From: Tyzzerella sp. | GTDB taxonomy: Bacteria; Bacillota; Clostridia; Lachnospirales; Lachnospiraceae | DNA length: 64,000 nucleotides | Direction: 5' to 3' | NCBI GenBank assembly: GCA_017410145.1 | Contig: JAFQRJ010000006.1 | Location: 21,062 to 85,061 of the forward strand | Shown: positions 18,318 through 26,804 of the stretch, piece by piece | Layout: each line of letters begins with the position of its first letter | Numbering within the stretch: position 1 is the first letter of the stretch | Translations under genes and position numbers: made by a program | Notes under the pieces: model-generated | Told to the model about the DNA's origin: nothing | Database searches by the model: none | The model's input: only the letters and a program-made list of their open reading frames with translations

Positions 18318-19493
18318 ATGACACTTGTTTATTTGGGGATTGTAGCGGCAGTTTGCATTTTCGCTACGCTTTCTGTCTATAGTAAATTTTGGGATTATGG
18401 ACTTACGGCAGATGTTTCATTTTCGCAGAATGAAGTAGAAGAGGGGCAAGCGCTGCTTATAAGAGAAAAGGTTGAAAATCGAAAAATGTTGCCGCTTCCG
18501 ATGTTGATGGTGAAGTTTGAGATGGACCGCAATATCAAATGTGTAGATTCGGTCAATACCAGTGTCACTGATAAGCAATATCGAAACGATTGGGTATCCA
18601 TCATGCCATATAAAAGGGTGACTAGGAAGATTGAAGTGATTGGCACCAAACGTGGATTTTACAGTATTGATGGTTTGCGACTTGTTACTTCCGATATTCT
18701 ATTTCACAGTTTGCACAGCAAAGCCATTCAGAATTACTCTTGGCTTTATGTATATCCTGCAAGGTCGCGATTTATGCAGTTGCCGGAGATTTTCTGCCGC
18801 ATGTATGGGGAATATCTTGTCAATCGACAGCTTCAGGAGGATTCCATGGAATTTAAAGGAATCCGAGATTATACACAGAGTGATCCTATGCGAAAAGTGA
18901 ACTGGAAGGCATCTGCACGGACAGGAAATTTAAAGGTGAATCAATATTTTGATAGTTCAAGTCAGAGAATCACAGTATTTCTAAATATTAGTCAGAAGGG
19001 AATTCTGCGTTATTATGATTTGATAGAGGAGTCCATACGTATTGCGCGCAACTTCATTGAAGGATTTGTACATAAAGGGATACCTGTGCGCATCATCAGC
19101 AATAGTGTGGATAAATTGACGGGACAAGAGATTTATTTAAAAGAAGGAGCTGGGCTTTCCCACATAGATGCGTGTCTGAAACAGCTTGCAAAAATGGATA
19201 TTTATGCACCGGCACGTAATATGGAGGAGTTAATCAGAGAGCAGAATATGAAAGAAAATACTGCTTCCTATAAGGGAGAAGTCTCCTTGCTGATTTCGGC
19301 AGAACAGACACCGGAGCTTGCCCAGGCATATCTGGATTATGCCGGAGAAGATGGAAGTGCGAACTGGCTGATACCGATTCATGAATCTATGAAAAGTTAT
19401 TTGACGAAACATGTGAGCGATAAGAAACTTCGTGGAACCAGCGGGAATTATATCCATACGGAGTACCTTGTTATGGAGGAACTGGAACGATGA
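18318..19493 (+). CDS. DUF58 domain protein
   Basis: N-terminal TM; EFKGIRDYTQSDPMRKVNWKASAR; follows moxR. Confidence 0.88.
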   Translation: MTLVYLGIVAAVCIFATLSVYSKFWDYGLTADVSFSQNEVEEGQALLIREKVENRKMLPLPMLMVKFEMDRNIKCVDSVNTSVTDKQYRNDWVSIMPYKRVTRKIEVIGTKRGFYSIDGLRLVTSDILFHSLHSKAIQNYSWLYVYPARSRFMQLPEIFCRMYGEYLVNRQLQEDSMEFKGIRDYTQSDPMRKVNWKASARTGNLKVNQYFDSSSQRITVFLNISQKGILRYYDLIEESIRIARNFIEGFVHKGIPVRIISNSVDKLTGQEIYLKEGAGLSHIDACLKQLAKMDIYAPARNMEELIREQNMKENTASYKGEVSLLISAEQTPELAQAYLDYAGEDGSANWLIPIHESMKSYLTKHVSDKKLRGTSGNYIHTEYLVMEELER

Positions 19494-20704
19494 AACAGGT
19501 AATAAAAATAGGTACACATATGATAATCAGCGGGGCTCTTTTGCTTGCTTTGGCAAATGCATTTGAAAGTGTGTGGGAGCTTTTGGCTTATAGTTTGGCA
19601 AGCATGATTTTAGGGGTTGTCTGCTGTGTGATAAGACAGAAAGAATGGTCTTTTTGGATGTTTATCGGAAGTCATTTGCTTCTGATTTTCGGAGGAGTTT
19701 TGGGCATAGCTGTGGCTGACTTTAGAGGGTGGTATCTATTGATTTGGATAACCCTTATATTATATTCTGCCATTATACGATTGGTGCCACAGGCCCACTG
19801 GCTAGACGAACCAGGATTGGCTTATGTGGTAATACTCATTCTTAATTACATGCTCGTTTGTGCTCTTGATGGAAGCGCTCGAATACAAAGTGTAAGTATT
19901 TTGACTGTACTGCTTTGCTTTTTATTGTATTTGTTATATAGAAATTTGGATTGCATGGATGAGTTTATTGTGTTGCAAGGTTTTTCTACGAAAGTGGACG
20001 AACAAGGTGTTCGCAAGTTAAATAATCGTCTATCAGTGCTGTATACAGCTGTGCTGGGCATGATTCTTGGATTGTTTAGTTTGTTTCGTGGGGAAAAGTT
20101 GTGGGAAGTTCTTGCTGGGTTACTTAAAAAAGTACTTCGGTATTTGCTGAGTTTCCTTCCAATAACAGAGCAGGTGCAACCGGAGGAAAAAGAAGAAATA
20201 AAAAATGGTATGGGCAATATGCTCCACGAGATGACAGAGGAACAGGATCCTTCCATGTTCATGAAGATTTTAGGGGAAATCATGTACGTGTTGTTTACGA
20301 TTTTGATTGTGGCAGGTGTTATTGCTGCAATTGTTTATGCTGCATTATACATCTACCGAAATTTCTACAATAAACAGAGTGGCAGAGATGAAAACAAAGT
20401 GGTAGAAGCGCTTTCGTATGGTGATAAGGTTACGAAAGAAAAGAAAACCAGATTTTTTGCAAGAGGGGAACAAACTCCTGCCAGAAGGATTCGAAAGATA
20501 TACAAGAAGAATATGAAACGACTGGGGGCAAAACGTATTTCGGGATTTTCTTACATGGCACCGAAAGAGCAGGTGAAACTTCTGCGGGAACAGGGGACTG
20601 ACGCGGACACCGTTAGAAAGATTAGGATGTTGTATGAGAAAGCGCGGTACAGCTCGGATTTTGTAACAGATGTCGAAGTGGACTATATGCGACGGAACAT
20701 GTAA
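19490..20704 (+). CDS. Polytopic membrane protein, possible C-terminal DUF4129-like domain
   Basis: Many hydrophobic segments; IRKIY and LYEKARYS near the C-terminus; coupled to the DUF58 gene. Confidence 0.65.
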   Translation: MKQVIKIGTHMIISGALLLALANAFESVWELLAYSLASMILGVVCCVIRQKEWSFWMFIGSHLLLIFGGVLGIAVADFRGWYLLIWITLILYSAIIRLVPQAHWLDEPGLAYVVILILNYMLVCALDGSARIQSVSILTVLLCFLLYLLYRNLDCMDEFIVLQGFSTKVDEQGVRKLNNRLSVLYTAVLGMILGLFSLFRGEKLWEVLAGLLKKVLRYLLSFLPITEQVQPEEKEEIKNGMGNMLHEMTEEQDPSMFMKILGEIMYVLFTILIVAGVIAAIVYAALYIYRNFYNKQSGRDENKVVEALSYGDKVTKEKKTRFFARGEQTPARRIRKIYKKNMKRLGAKRISGFSYMAPKEQVKLLREQGTDADTVRKIRMLYEKARYSSDFVTDVEVDYMRRNM

Positions 20705-20733
20705 AAAAATGTCAATTTGGTATGCGTATCCAA

Positions 20734-20763
20734 TTGACAATTTGTGTAATTTTTTTGTATAAT
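20734..20763 (+). promoter_or_regulatory. SigA promoter of the hydrolase/cohesin operon
   Basis: TTGACA-N18-TATAAT. Confidence 0.7.
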
Positions 20764-20815
20764 AAGTAATAATGCTGTAACAAAGGGGAAGTTACATTAT
20801 TAAGGGGAGAAACGA

Positions 20816-22903
20816 ATGAAAATTTTGGGGAGAAATGTAAGTAGAACTTGTCTTAGTATACTAATGATTATAGTATGCCTCGGGACAAGTTTACTTTTTT
20901 TAGGTATAAATGCGGATGCGAAGACAGTGATTCGGACAGGGACTGTCGAGGTAAGCAGTAGTTTGAATCTTCGAAGTGGTCCGGGCACGGAATATAGTGT
21001 CGTTGGTTATTTGAAAAATGGTGATACAGGGCAAATCATTGAGGAGAAGAAGGCTACTACCGGTAAGATATGGTACAAAATGATTGTAAATGGAAAGACT
21101 GGTTGGGCATCATCTTCTTATGTAAAGGTAACGGAAACAATCGTAGAAGAAGATAAAGACTTTGATGCATATTTAGCAGCGCAAGGATTTCCGGAAAGTT
21201 ACCGAGCACAGCTTCAGGCATTGCATGCAAAGTATCCAAATTGGAAATTTGAGGCCCAGATTACAAATCTGACTTGGGATGAAGTTATCAAAGGTGAAAG
21301 TGCCCTTGGTAAAAACTTAGTACATGATAGTGCAGATTCTTCTTGGAAATCGACACAAACCGGCGCCTATGACTGGGAGAAAAATGAATGGAAAGAATTT
21401 GATTCCGGCGGATGGGTAGCTGCATCAACTGAGATTATCCGATATTACATGGACCCAAGGAATTTTCTGGATAGTACAAATATTTTTCAATTTATTAAAC
21501 AAAGCTATAATGCTTCAGCATTAAATGCAACACAACTGGCGCAAAAAAAGGCTGACCTGACAAACATGGTTAAAGGTACATATCTTGCTGGTGGGTGCGA
21601 TAACAGTACTTACGTAGACGTAATTATGAGCGTGGCTGCAAGCACAAAAGTTTGCCCGTTTACTTTGGCTTCCATGATGATTCAGGAGCAAGGAATTAAT
21701 GGTGACGGTAGAAGTATTTCAGGTAAGGTTCCGGGATATGAAGGATATTATAACTATCTGAATATCGGAGCATACAAGACAAGCAGTTTTGCTTCTGCTG
21801 TAGAGCGTGGATTGTGGTATGCGAAAGGTGGAGACAGTGGTTCCACATCATATGGGAGACCATGGAATACAAGAACCAAAGCTATTAAAGGTGGTGCATT
21901 GTATTACGGTGAAAATTTTGTGAATGTAGGACAAGATACCTTGTATCTAAAGAAATTTAATGTACAGGGTTCCAATCTATACGGACATCAATATATGACA
22001 AATGTTGGCGGTGCGGCAAGTGAAGGAATTCACATGTCAAAAGCATATGATGAAAATGCGAGAGAGGCGGCATTGATATTCAAGATTCCGGTATACAAAA
22101 ACATGCCTGCCGCGGTGAGTAAAAAGCCATCAGGTGATGACAATCCAAACTATATGTTGAAATCATTATCAGTAAGTGGTTATAATTTGACACCAACCTT
22201 TAGTATGTACGAAACCTCCTATTCGTTGATTGTACCGAATAGCGTTACAAGCATTACAGTTAGTGCACAGGCGGCATCTTCCACAACTACAGTTTCAGGA
22301 ACAGGTGCAAGAAGTTTGAATGTAGGTACCAATGCTATTGCAATTACGACAAAAGCACAGAATGGTAGTACCAGAACCTATACCATTAGTGTTGTTCGTC
22401 AAGCTGCAAGTAACACAGGCGGCGGAAATGGTGGAACAAACAATGGAGGCAACAACGGAGGAACAACAGTTGTAACTCCAAGTGTTAGCAGTACCACCTA
22501 CAAGGTAAATAGCAATAATACGATTACCGGAATTACAAGTTTTCCAATAAAGGCATCAGATTTCACAAAGAAATTTGCTGTTGCAAATGGAAGTGTAAAG
22601 ATTACAAAATCAAATGGTACAGCAGAAACGGGTAATGTAGGAACCGGAGACCAAGTGAGAGTGTATGATTCGACAGGTGCGCATAAGTTTACTTATAACG
22701 TTGTCATTTATGGGGATACCAATGGTGATGGAAGAATAAATGCTCAGGATCTGTTGCTTATACAAAAGAATAATATTCGTGTTAGCACATTAAACGGAGT
22801 ATTTTCTTCAGCGGCAGATGTAAATAAGAATGGAAAGGTCAATGCACAAGATTTACTTTTAGTGCAGAAACACAATATCAAGATATATACCATTAAACAA
22901 TAG
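20816..22903 (+). CDS. Secreted peptidoglycan hydrolase: SH3b + GH73-like glucosaminidase + cadherin-like beta-sandwich + C-terminal dockerin
   Basis: LNLRSGPGT...WYK...GWASSSYV (SH3b); IQEQG, YYNYLNIGA, HQYMTN; two Ca-loop repeats GDTNGDGRINAQDLLLIQK and ADVNKNGKVNAQDLLLVQK. Confidence 0.85.
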   Translation: MKILGRNVSRTCLSILMIIVCLGTSLLFLGINADAKTVIRTGTVEVSSSLNLRSGPGTEYSVVGYLKNGDTGQIIEEKKATTGKIWYKMIVNGKTGWASSSYVKVTETIVEEDKDFDAYLAAQGFPESYRAQLQALHAKYPNWKFEAQITNLTWDEVIKGESALGKNLVHDSADSSWKSTQTGAYDWEKNEWKEFDSGGWVAASTEIIRYYMDPRNFLDSTNIFQFIKQSYNASALNATQLAQKKADLTNMVKGTYLAGGCDNSTYVDVIMSVAASTKVCPFTLASMMIQEQGINGDGRSISGKVPGYEGYYNYLNIGAYKTSSFASAVERGLWYAKGGDSGSTSYGRPWNTRTKAIKGGALYYGENFVNVGQDTLYLKKFNVQGSNLYGHQYMTNVGGAASEGIHMSKAYDENAREAALIFKIPVYKNMPAAVSKKPSGDDNPNYMLKSLSVSGYNLTPTFSMYETSYSLIVPNSVTSITVSAQAASSTTTVSGTGARSLNVGTNAIAITTKAQNGSTRTYTISVVRQAASNTGGGNGGTNNGGNNGGTTVVTPSVSSTTYKVNSNNTITGITSFPIKASDFTKKFAVANGSVKITKSNGTAETGNVGTGDQVRVYDSTGAHKFTYNVVIYGDTNGDGRINAQDLLLIQKNNIRVSTLNGVFSSAADVNKNGKVNAQDLLLVQKHNIKIYTIKQ

Positions 22904-22914
22904 GGGAGAATTAA

Positions 22915-24480
22915 ATGAATAATTTTAAAAAAATAGGGGGATTTTTCTTAAGTATATGTTTACTTTTCGTGCTACTTTCAGGAGAGGCGTTTGCAGCGTC
23001 AGCAAAAGTAAGTGTATCTAGTGCGAGTGGCAACGTTGGTAATACTGTTACGGTAACATGTTCAGCGACTACATCCGGGACTGCGATTGGTGGTGCAGAT
23101 ATTACATTGAAATATGATCCTTCTGCGCTGACAGTTGTAAATTGTTCAAGTGGGGCAAGTGGAAGTTCAGGAAGTGTGTACTACAGTGGATATGCTACTA
23201 GTGGCGGATTGACCAAGTTAAGTTTTACAGTGAGTTTTAAAATTTTGAAGGCAGGAACACATAGTATTAGTGTAACATCTGCAGACGTATATGATTATGA
23301 AGCAGCAAGTTCTGTTTCTACAAGTTCAAGTGGTGGTAAGATTACCGGAAAAGTTCCTACAACTAACAACAATAATAACACAAACAACAATACTAATAAT
23401 AACAAACCACAGAACAACAAAGACACGAATAACAAGTTAAGTGCTCTTCAAGTGTATCCGGGAAATTTAAGCCCGGCATTTAGCGGGGATACTACTTCTT
23501 ATACAGTAAGTGTTCCGGGAGATACAACAGAAGTGACAATTTCTGCAACTCCGGCTAGCAGTAAATCAACGGTAAGCGTTTCGGGTGGAAAAGATTTGAA
23601 ACTAGGTCCAAACGAGGCAAAAGTTATTGTTGTCTCTGAAAGTGGCTCGTCCAGAGCATACACCATTACAATCATGTGCGGAGAAGCAGAAAAGATTCAG
23701 ATTGGAAACGTCGAGCATACGATTGATGAGAATTTTAAAGACGACCAGATACCAACAGGATTTAGCAGAAAGCAAGTGACATACAACAACAGACAATATG
23801 AAGCAGTGACGAATACAAGTGGAAGTCTGGTGCTTATGAATTTAAAATCCGGTGAGAACACAAGCTTTTATATTTACAACCAGGAAGCAAAAGAATTCTA
23901 TGATTTTATACAAATTAAATTTGCAGAAGGTAAATATATTATTCCACTGCCACTTAATAAAGAGGTGGCAGAGTTTGCAGAGTATGAAACTGTAGCACTT
24001 CAGGTGCAAGGAAAGCGTGTGGATGCTTGGAAACTGGATGAAGAATTTAGTGTTGCTTATGTGATGAATCAAGATGGAACAGAAGTCTTATACAAATATG
24101 ACAGTTTAGATGGAACCTTCCAAAGATACAACGATATAAAAGTCGAAGATGTGGAACAGGCACCAGTTGAAAAAACTTGGTTCCCGAACGAGTATTATAT
24201 GTATGCAATCGTAGGGCTCGGTGCACTTTCTTTTATTCTCTTAATTGCGATGATTTACTTTATCGCAAGCAGAAAAGCAAGACATGAGGGGAGAAAGAAA
24301 AAAGCAATGAAACGCCAGGAAAAGCAGAAAGCAAAAGAAGAAAGACAACGAGAAAAAGAAGCACGTGAACTTGAAAAACATAGACAGATTTTAGAAGAAG
24401 AACGTGAAAAACAACGCCAGAAAGAAGAAAAGAAATTGGCGAAACAACGGGCTAAAGAAGAAAAGAAGAGAGAAGAATAA
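22915..24480 (+). CDS. Membrane-anchored protein: cohesin-like domain + Asn-rich linker + cadherin-like beta-sandwich + TM + charged tail
   Basis: Signal peptide (AFA); VGNTVTV...IGGADITLKYDPSALTVV...FTVSFKILKAG cohesin-like pattern; LSPAFSGDTTSYTVSV; TM near the C-terminus; E/K/R-rich tail. Confidence 0.72.
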   Translation: MNNFKKIGGFFLSICLLFVLLSGEAFAASAKVSVSSASGNVGNTVTVTCSATTSGTAIGGADITLKYDPSALTVVNCSSGASGSSGSVYYSGYATSGGLTKLSFTVSFKILKAGTHSISVTSADVYDYEAASSVSTSSSGGKITGKVPTTNNNNNTNNNTNNNKPQNNKDTNNKLSALQVYPGNLSPAFSGDTTSYTVSVPGDTTEVTISATPASSKSTVSVSGGKDLKLGPNEAKVIVVSESGSSRAYTITIMCGEAEKIQIGNVEHTIDENFKDDQIPTGFSRKQVTYNNRQYEAVTNTSGSLVLMNLKSGENTSFYIYNQEAKEFYDFIQIKFAEGKYIIPLPLNKEVAEFAEYETVALQVQGKRVDAWKLDEEFSVAYVMNQDGTEVLYKYDSLDGTFQRYNDIKVEDVEQAPVEKTWFPNEYYMYAIVGLGALSFILLIAMIYFIASRKARHEGRKKKAMKRQEKQKAKEERQREKEARELEKHRQILEEEREKQRQKEEKKLAKQRAKEEKKREE

Positions 24481-24524
24481 AAACAAGTGCGGCTCAGAAC
24501 ACATCGATGAGTCGCACTTGTTTT
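24479..24524. terminator. Bidirectional terminator
   Basis: AAAACAAGTGCGGCTCA...TGAGTCGCACTTGTTTT. Confidence 0.8.
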
Positions 24525-24551
24525 ATATTGGTCATACCAACTGATTTCAGT

Positions 24552-24854
24552 ATGGGTATATGCTGCTTTTTTTTATTTGCTATACCCTTATGTTTGCCTG
24601 ATTCCATGTGGTTTTGGGAGATTTTTTCTATATGAAAAATAAGTGTTTTGTAATACCCTGCTTTTTCACAACCTATGGGCATGGCAAGCAAGTTTTTTTG
24701 CGTATAGAAAATTCTAACCACCAAGGTACCCTTTGGGGTCTGAATTTGGGGTATAGGAAGCAAGTTATTATGTATATAGAAAAAAACACCCCGAAAGTGT
24801 TTTTGCATCCCTGCGTTTTGGGTATGGAGAGCCAATTATTATGCATATAGAAAA
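24552..24854. repeat. Second array of GGGTAT-N20-TATAGAAAA units (2 reverse, 3 forward)
   Basis: Reverse units ~24552-24587 (degenerate) and 24624-24658; forward units 24677-24711, 24749-24783, 24820-24854. Confidence 0.85.
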
Positions 24855-24895
24855 ACGCCCCCCAAGTGCTGCTCATAGCCCGAATTAAGGGTGCG

Positions 24896-25336
24896 CTATA
24901 TTCTACTTAAAAAACTATTATGATATAACCTGCTAAATGTCACATCTTCTGCAAACCAATCAGGGGCGATGAATGCCTTTGCCTCTTCTTCGGAAGCAAA
25001 TTCCACCTCTGCAAGTGTGAGAGGAGCTAAGTCTCCTTCAAAAATGTCTAATTCAATGGTATATTTTTCAAACGGAATCATGTAACGTTTTTTAGTAATG
25101 AGTCTGCCGTCTATTTTCTCTTTCAGGTGTTCATAAGCTTCTTTTGTAAGTGGAAGATTATATTCCTCGCGTATCATCATTCCTTTTGCTTTATACGTGA
25201 GTTCGTATTTGTCATTATCCTTTCTGATGCGAACCACCGGACCGGTACACAGGTAGCCTTGTTCTAAGTGGCGCACAGGGTATTTTTCTAAATCATTTGG
25301 TAATTCTTTTAATAAAAATTTGCGTTCGATTTCCAT
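24896..25336 (-). CDS. CYTH domain protein (triphosphate tunnel metalloenzyme)
   Basis: MEIERKFL (ExExK), QGYL, VRIR, LTYK, ELDIF, AEVEF. Confidence 0.92.
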   Translation of the reverse strand: MEIERKFLLKELPNDLEKYPVRHLEQGYLCTGPVVRIRKDNDKYELTYKAKGMMIREEYNLPLTKEAYEHLKEKIDGRLITKKRYMIPFEKYTIELDIFEGDLAPLTLAEVEFASEEEAKAFIAPDWFAEDVTFSRLYHNSFLSRI

Positions 25337-25450
25337 ATTTATATCCTCCAGACATATTTATAGTAATATGAAATGCTAAAAAAGTAAACAAATTTGCATT
25401 TTCTCTATACTTTTGTTACAATCAAAAGAGTTGAAAAAGGAGGACTTTTT

Positions 25451-26002
25451 ATGAAAAAAGTAAGTGTTTTTCTTGCAGACGGATTTGAAGAAATTGAAGG
25501 ATTGACCGTAGTGGACTTGCTTCGCAGGGCCGGCGTGGAGGTTACAACTGTATCGATCACAGGAGAAAATACGATTCACGGCGCACACGGGATTGACGTA
25601 CAAGCAGATAAATTATTTGAAGAAATGAACTTTGAAGGAGAAGATATGTTGGTGCTTCCGGGTGGAATGCCGGGAACTTTAAATCTTGGCGCACATAAGG
25701 GATTAGAAGAATTACTGAACAAAGGTTATGACGAGAAAAAATATCTTGCAGCAATCTGTGCGGCTCCAAGTGTTTTTGGAAAGTATGGGTTTTTAAGGGG
25801 AAGAAAAGCCACCTCCTATCCGGGATTTGAAGCCCAATTGTTGGGAGCAGAGTGTGTGGAAGATTCAGTCGTGGTGGACGAGTTTATTGTTACAAGCAGG
25901 GGAATGGGAACAGCGATTCCGTTTTCGTTAGCCTTAATTGAGTTGTTATTAAGTTCTGAAAAAGCAGATGAAATTGGGAAATCAATTATTTATTATCAAT
26001 AG
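25451..26002 (+). CDS. DJ-1/PfpI (YajL/ThiJ) family protein
   Basis: ADGFEEIE, LPGGMPG, AAICAAP, TSRGMGT; start at ATG after GGAGG. Confidence 0.92.
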   Translation: MKKVSVFLADGFEEIEGLTVVDLLRRAGVEVTTVSITGENTIHGAHGIDVQADKLFEEMNFEGEDMLVLPGGMPGTLNLGAHKGLEELLNKGYDEKKYLAAICAAPSVFGKYGFLRGRKATSYPGFEAQLLGAECVEDSVVVDEFIVTSRGMGTAIPFSLALIELLLSSEKADEIGKSIIYYQ

Positions 26003-26014
26003 AAGGGGTGTAGT

Positions 26015-26713
26015 ATGGATAAGAAAAGGAAAAATGTAGTATTTGGCATAGTTGTTAGTGTAGCAGTTGTGATGCTTATTGTTTTTGGAACACTTGCGTG
26101 TCTTGGCGTGTTTCGTGGGTTTAACGCGCAAGGTTATGTGTCTGCGATTTTAGACCAAACAATAAAAGGTAATGTTGAAGTTGCAGCAGAGATGACAGAA
26201 GGGACGACGGAAGAAGCATTATTAGCACAATATAATGCCGGAATAGAATCATTTGTAAAAAATACGCTTCTTAATAAAATGACGATTGATTCAGAATTAG
26301 AGGAAAAGTATATTGCACTTTGCAAAAAGATTTTTGCAAAACTAGATTATAGTGTGCAAGAGGCTGAAAAGGTTAGTGATGATGAGTTTCATGTACTAGT
26401 GAAGTATCGTCCAACAAATATTATGAATGTGTATGTTGAAGCGGTAAACAGTGAAGTACAACGTGCAAATGAGAAAAAGGAAAAAGGGGAATATAGAGGT
26501 ACTTATGAAGAGATATTTGCCCAAATGACTTCAGATACGATGGCGAACGCATATACAGCATTAGAAGAAGCTTATAACAACATGGAATTTGGAGAAGAAC
26601 AAAAGGTGATTTTTAAGGTCATAAAAGAAGAAGACGGGTTGTACAAGTTAGAAGAGTCTTCAATTACCAAATTTTTAGTAAAAATCCTGAGTTTAGATGT
26701 AAAACAAGACTAG
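26015..26713 (+). CDS. Hypothetical protein with N-terminal membrane anchor
   Basis: 232-aa ORF with RBS and a single N-terminal TM. Confidence 0.7.
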   Translation: MDKKRKNVVFGIVVSVAVVMLIVFGTLACLGVFRGFNAQGYVSAILDQTIKGNVEVAAEMTEGTTEEALLAQYNAGIESFVKNTLLNKMTIDSELEEKYIALCKKIFAKLDYSVQEAEKVSDDEFHVLVKYRPTNIMNVYVEAVNSEVQRANEKKEKGEYRGTYEEIFAQMTSDTMANAYTALEEAYNNMEFGEEQKVIFKVIKEEDGLYKLEESSITKFLVKILSLDVKQD

Positions 26714-26804
26714 ATATTTCGAAAAAACTGTGATATAATCAAGCGATGAGCGTCATGTAAAGATAAGCCGATAGGCTTTTCGTATATATAAGGAGGAGAA
26801 AGTA

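Noticed and set aside
23361-23435. AAC/AAT-rich tract as a contingency repeat
   Set aside because: It is an in-frame Asn/Thr linker with mixed codons; the same applies to the Gly/Asn linker near 22410-22465
24494-24876. Short ORFs across the arrays (24494-24835, 24608-24850, 24673-24876, also 646-930)
   Set aside because: No clear RBS; most repeat periods are not multiples of 3; the peptides merely mirror the DNA motif
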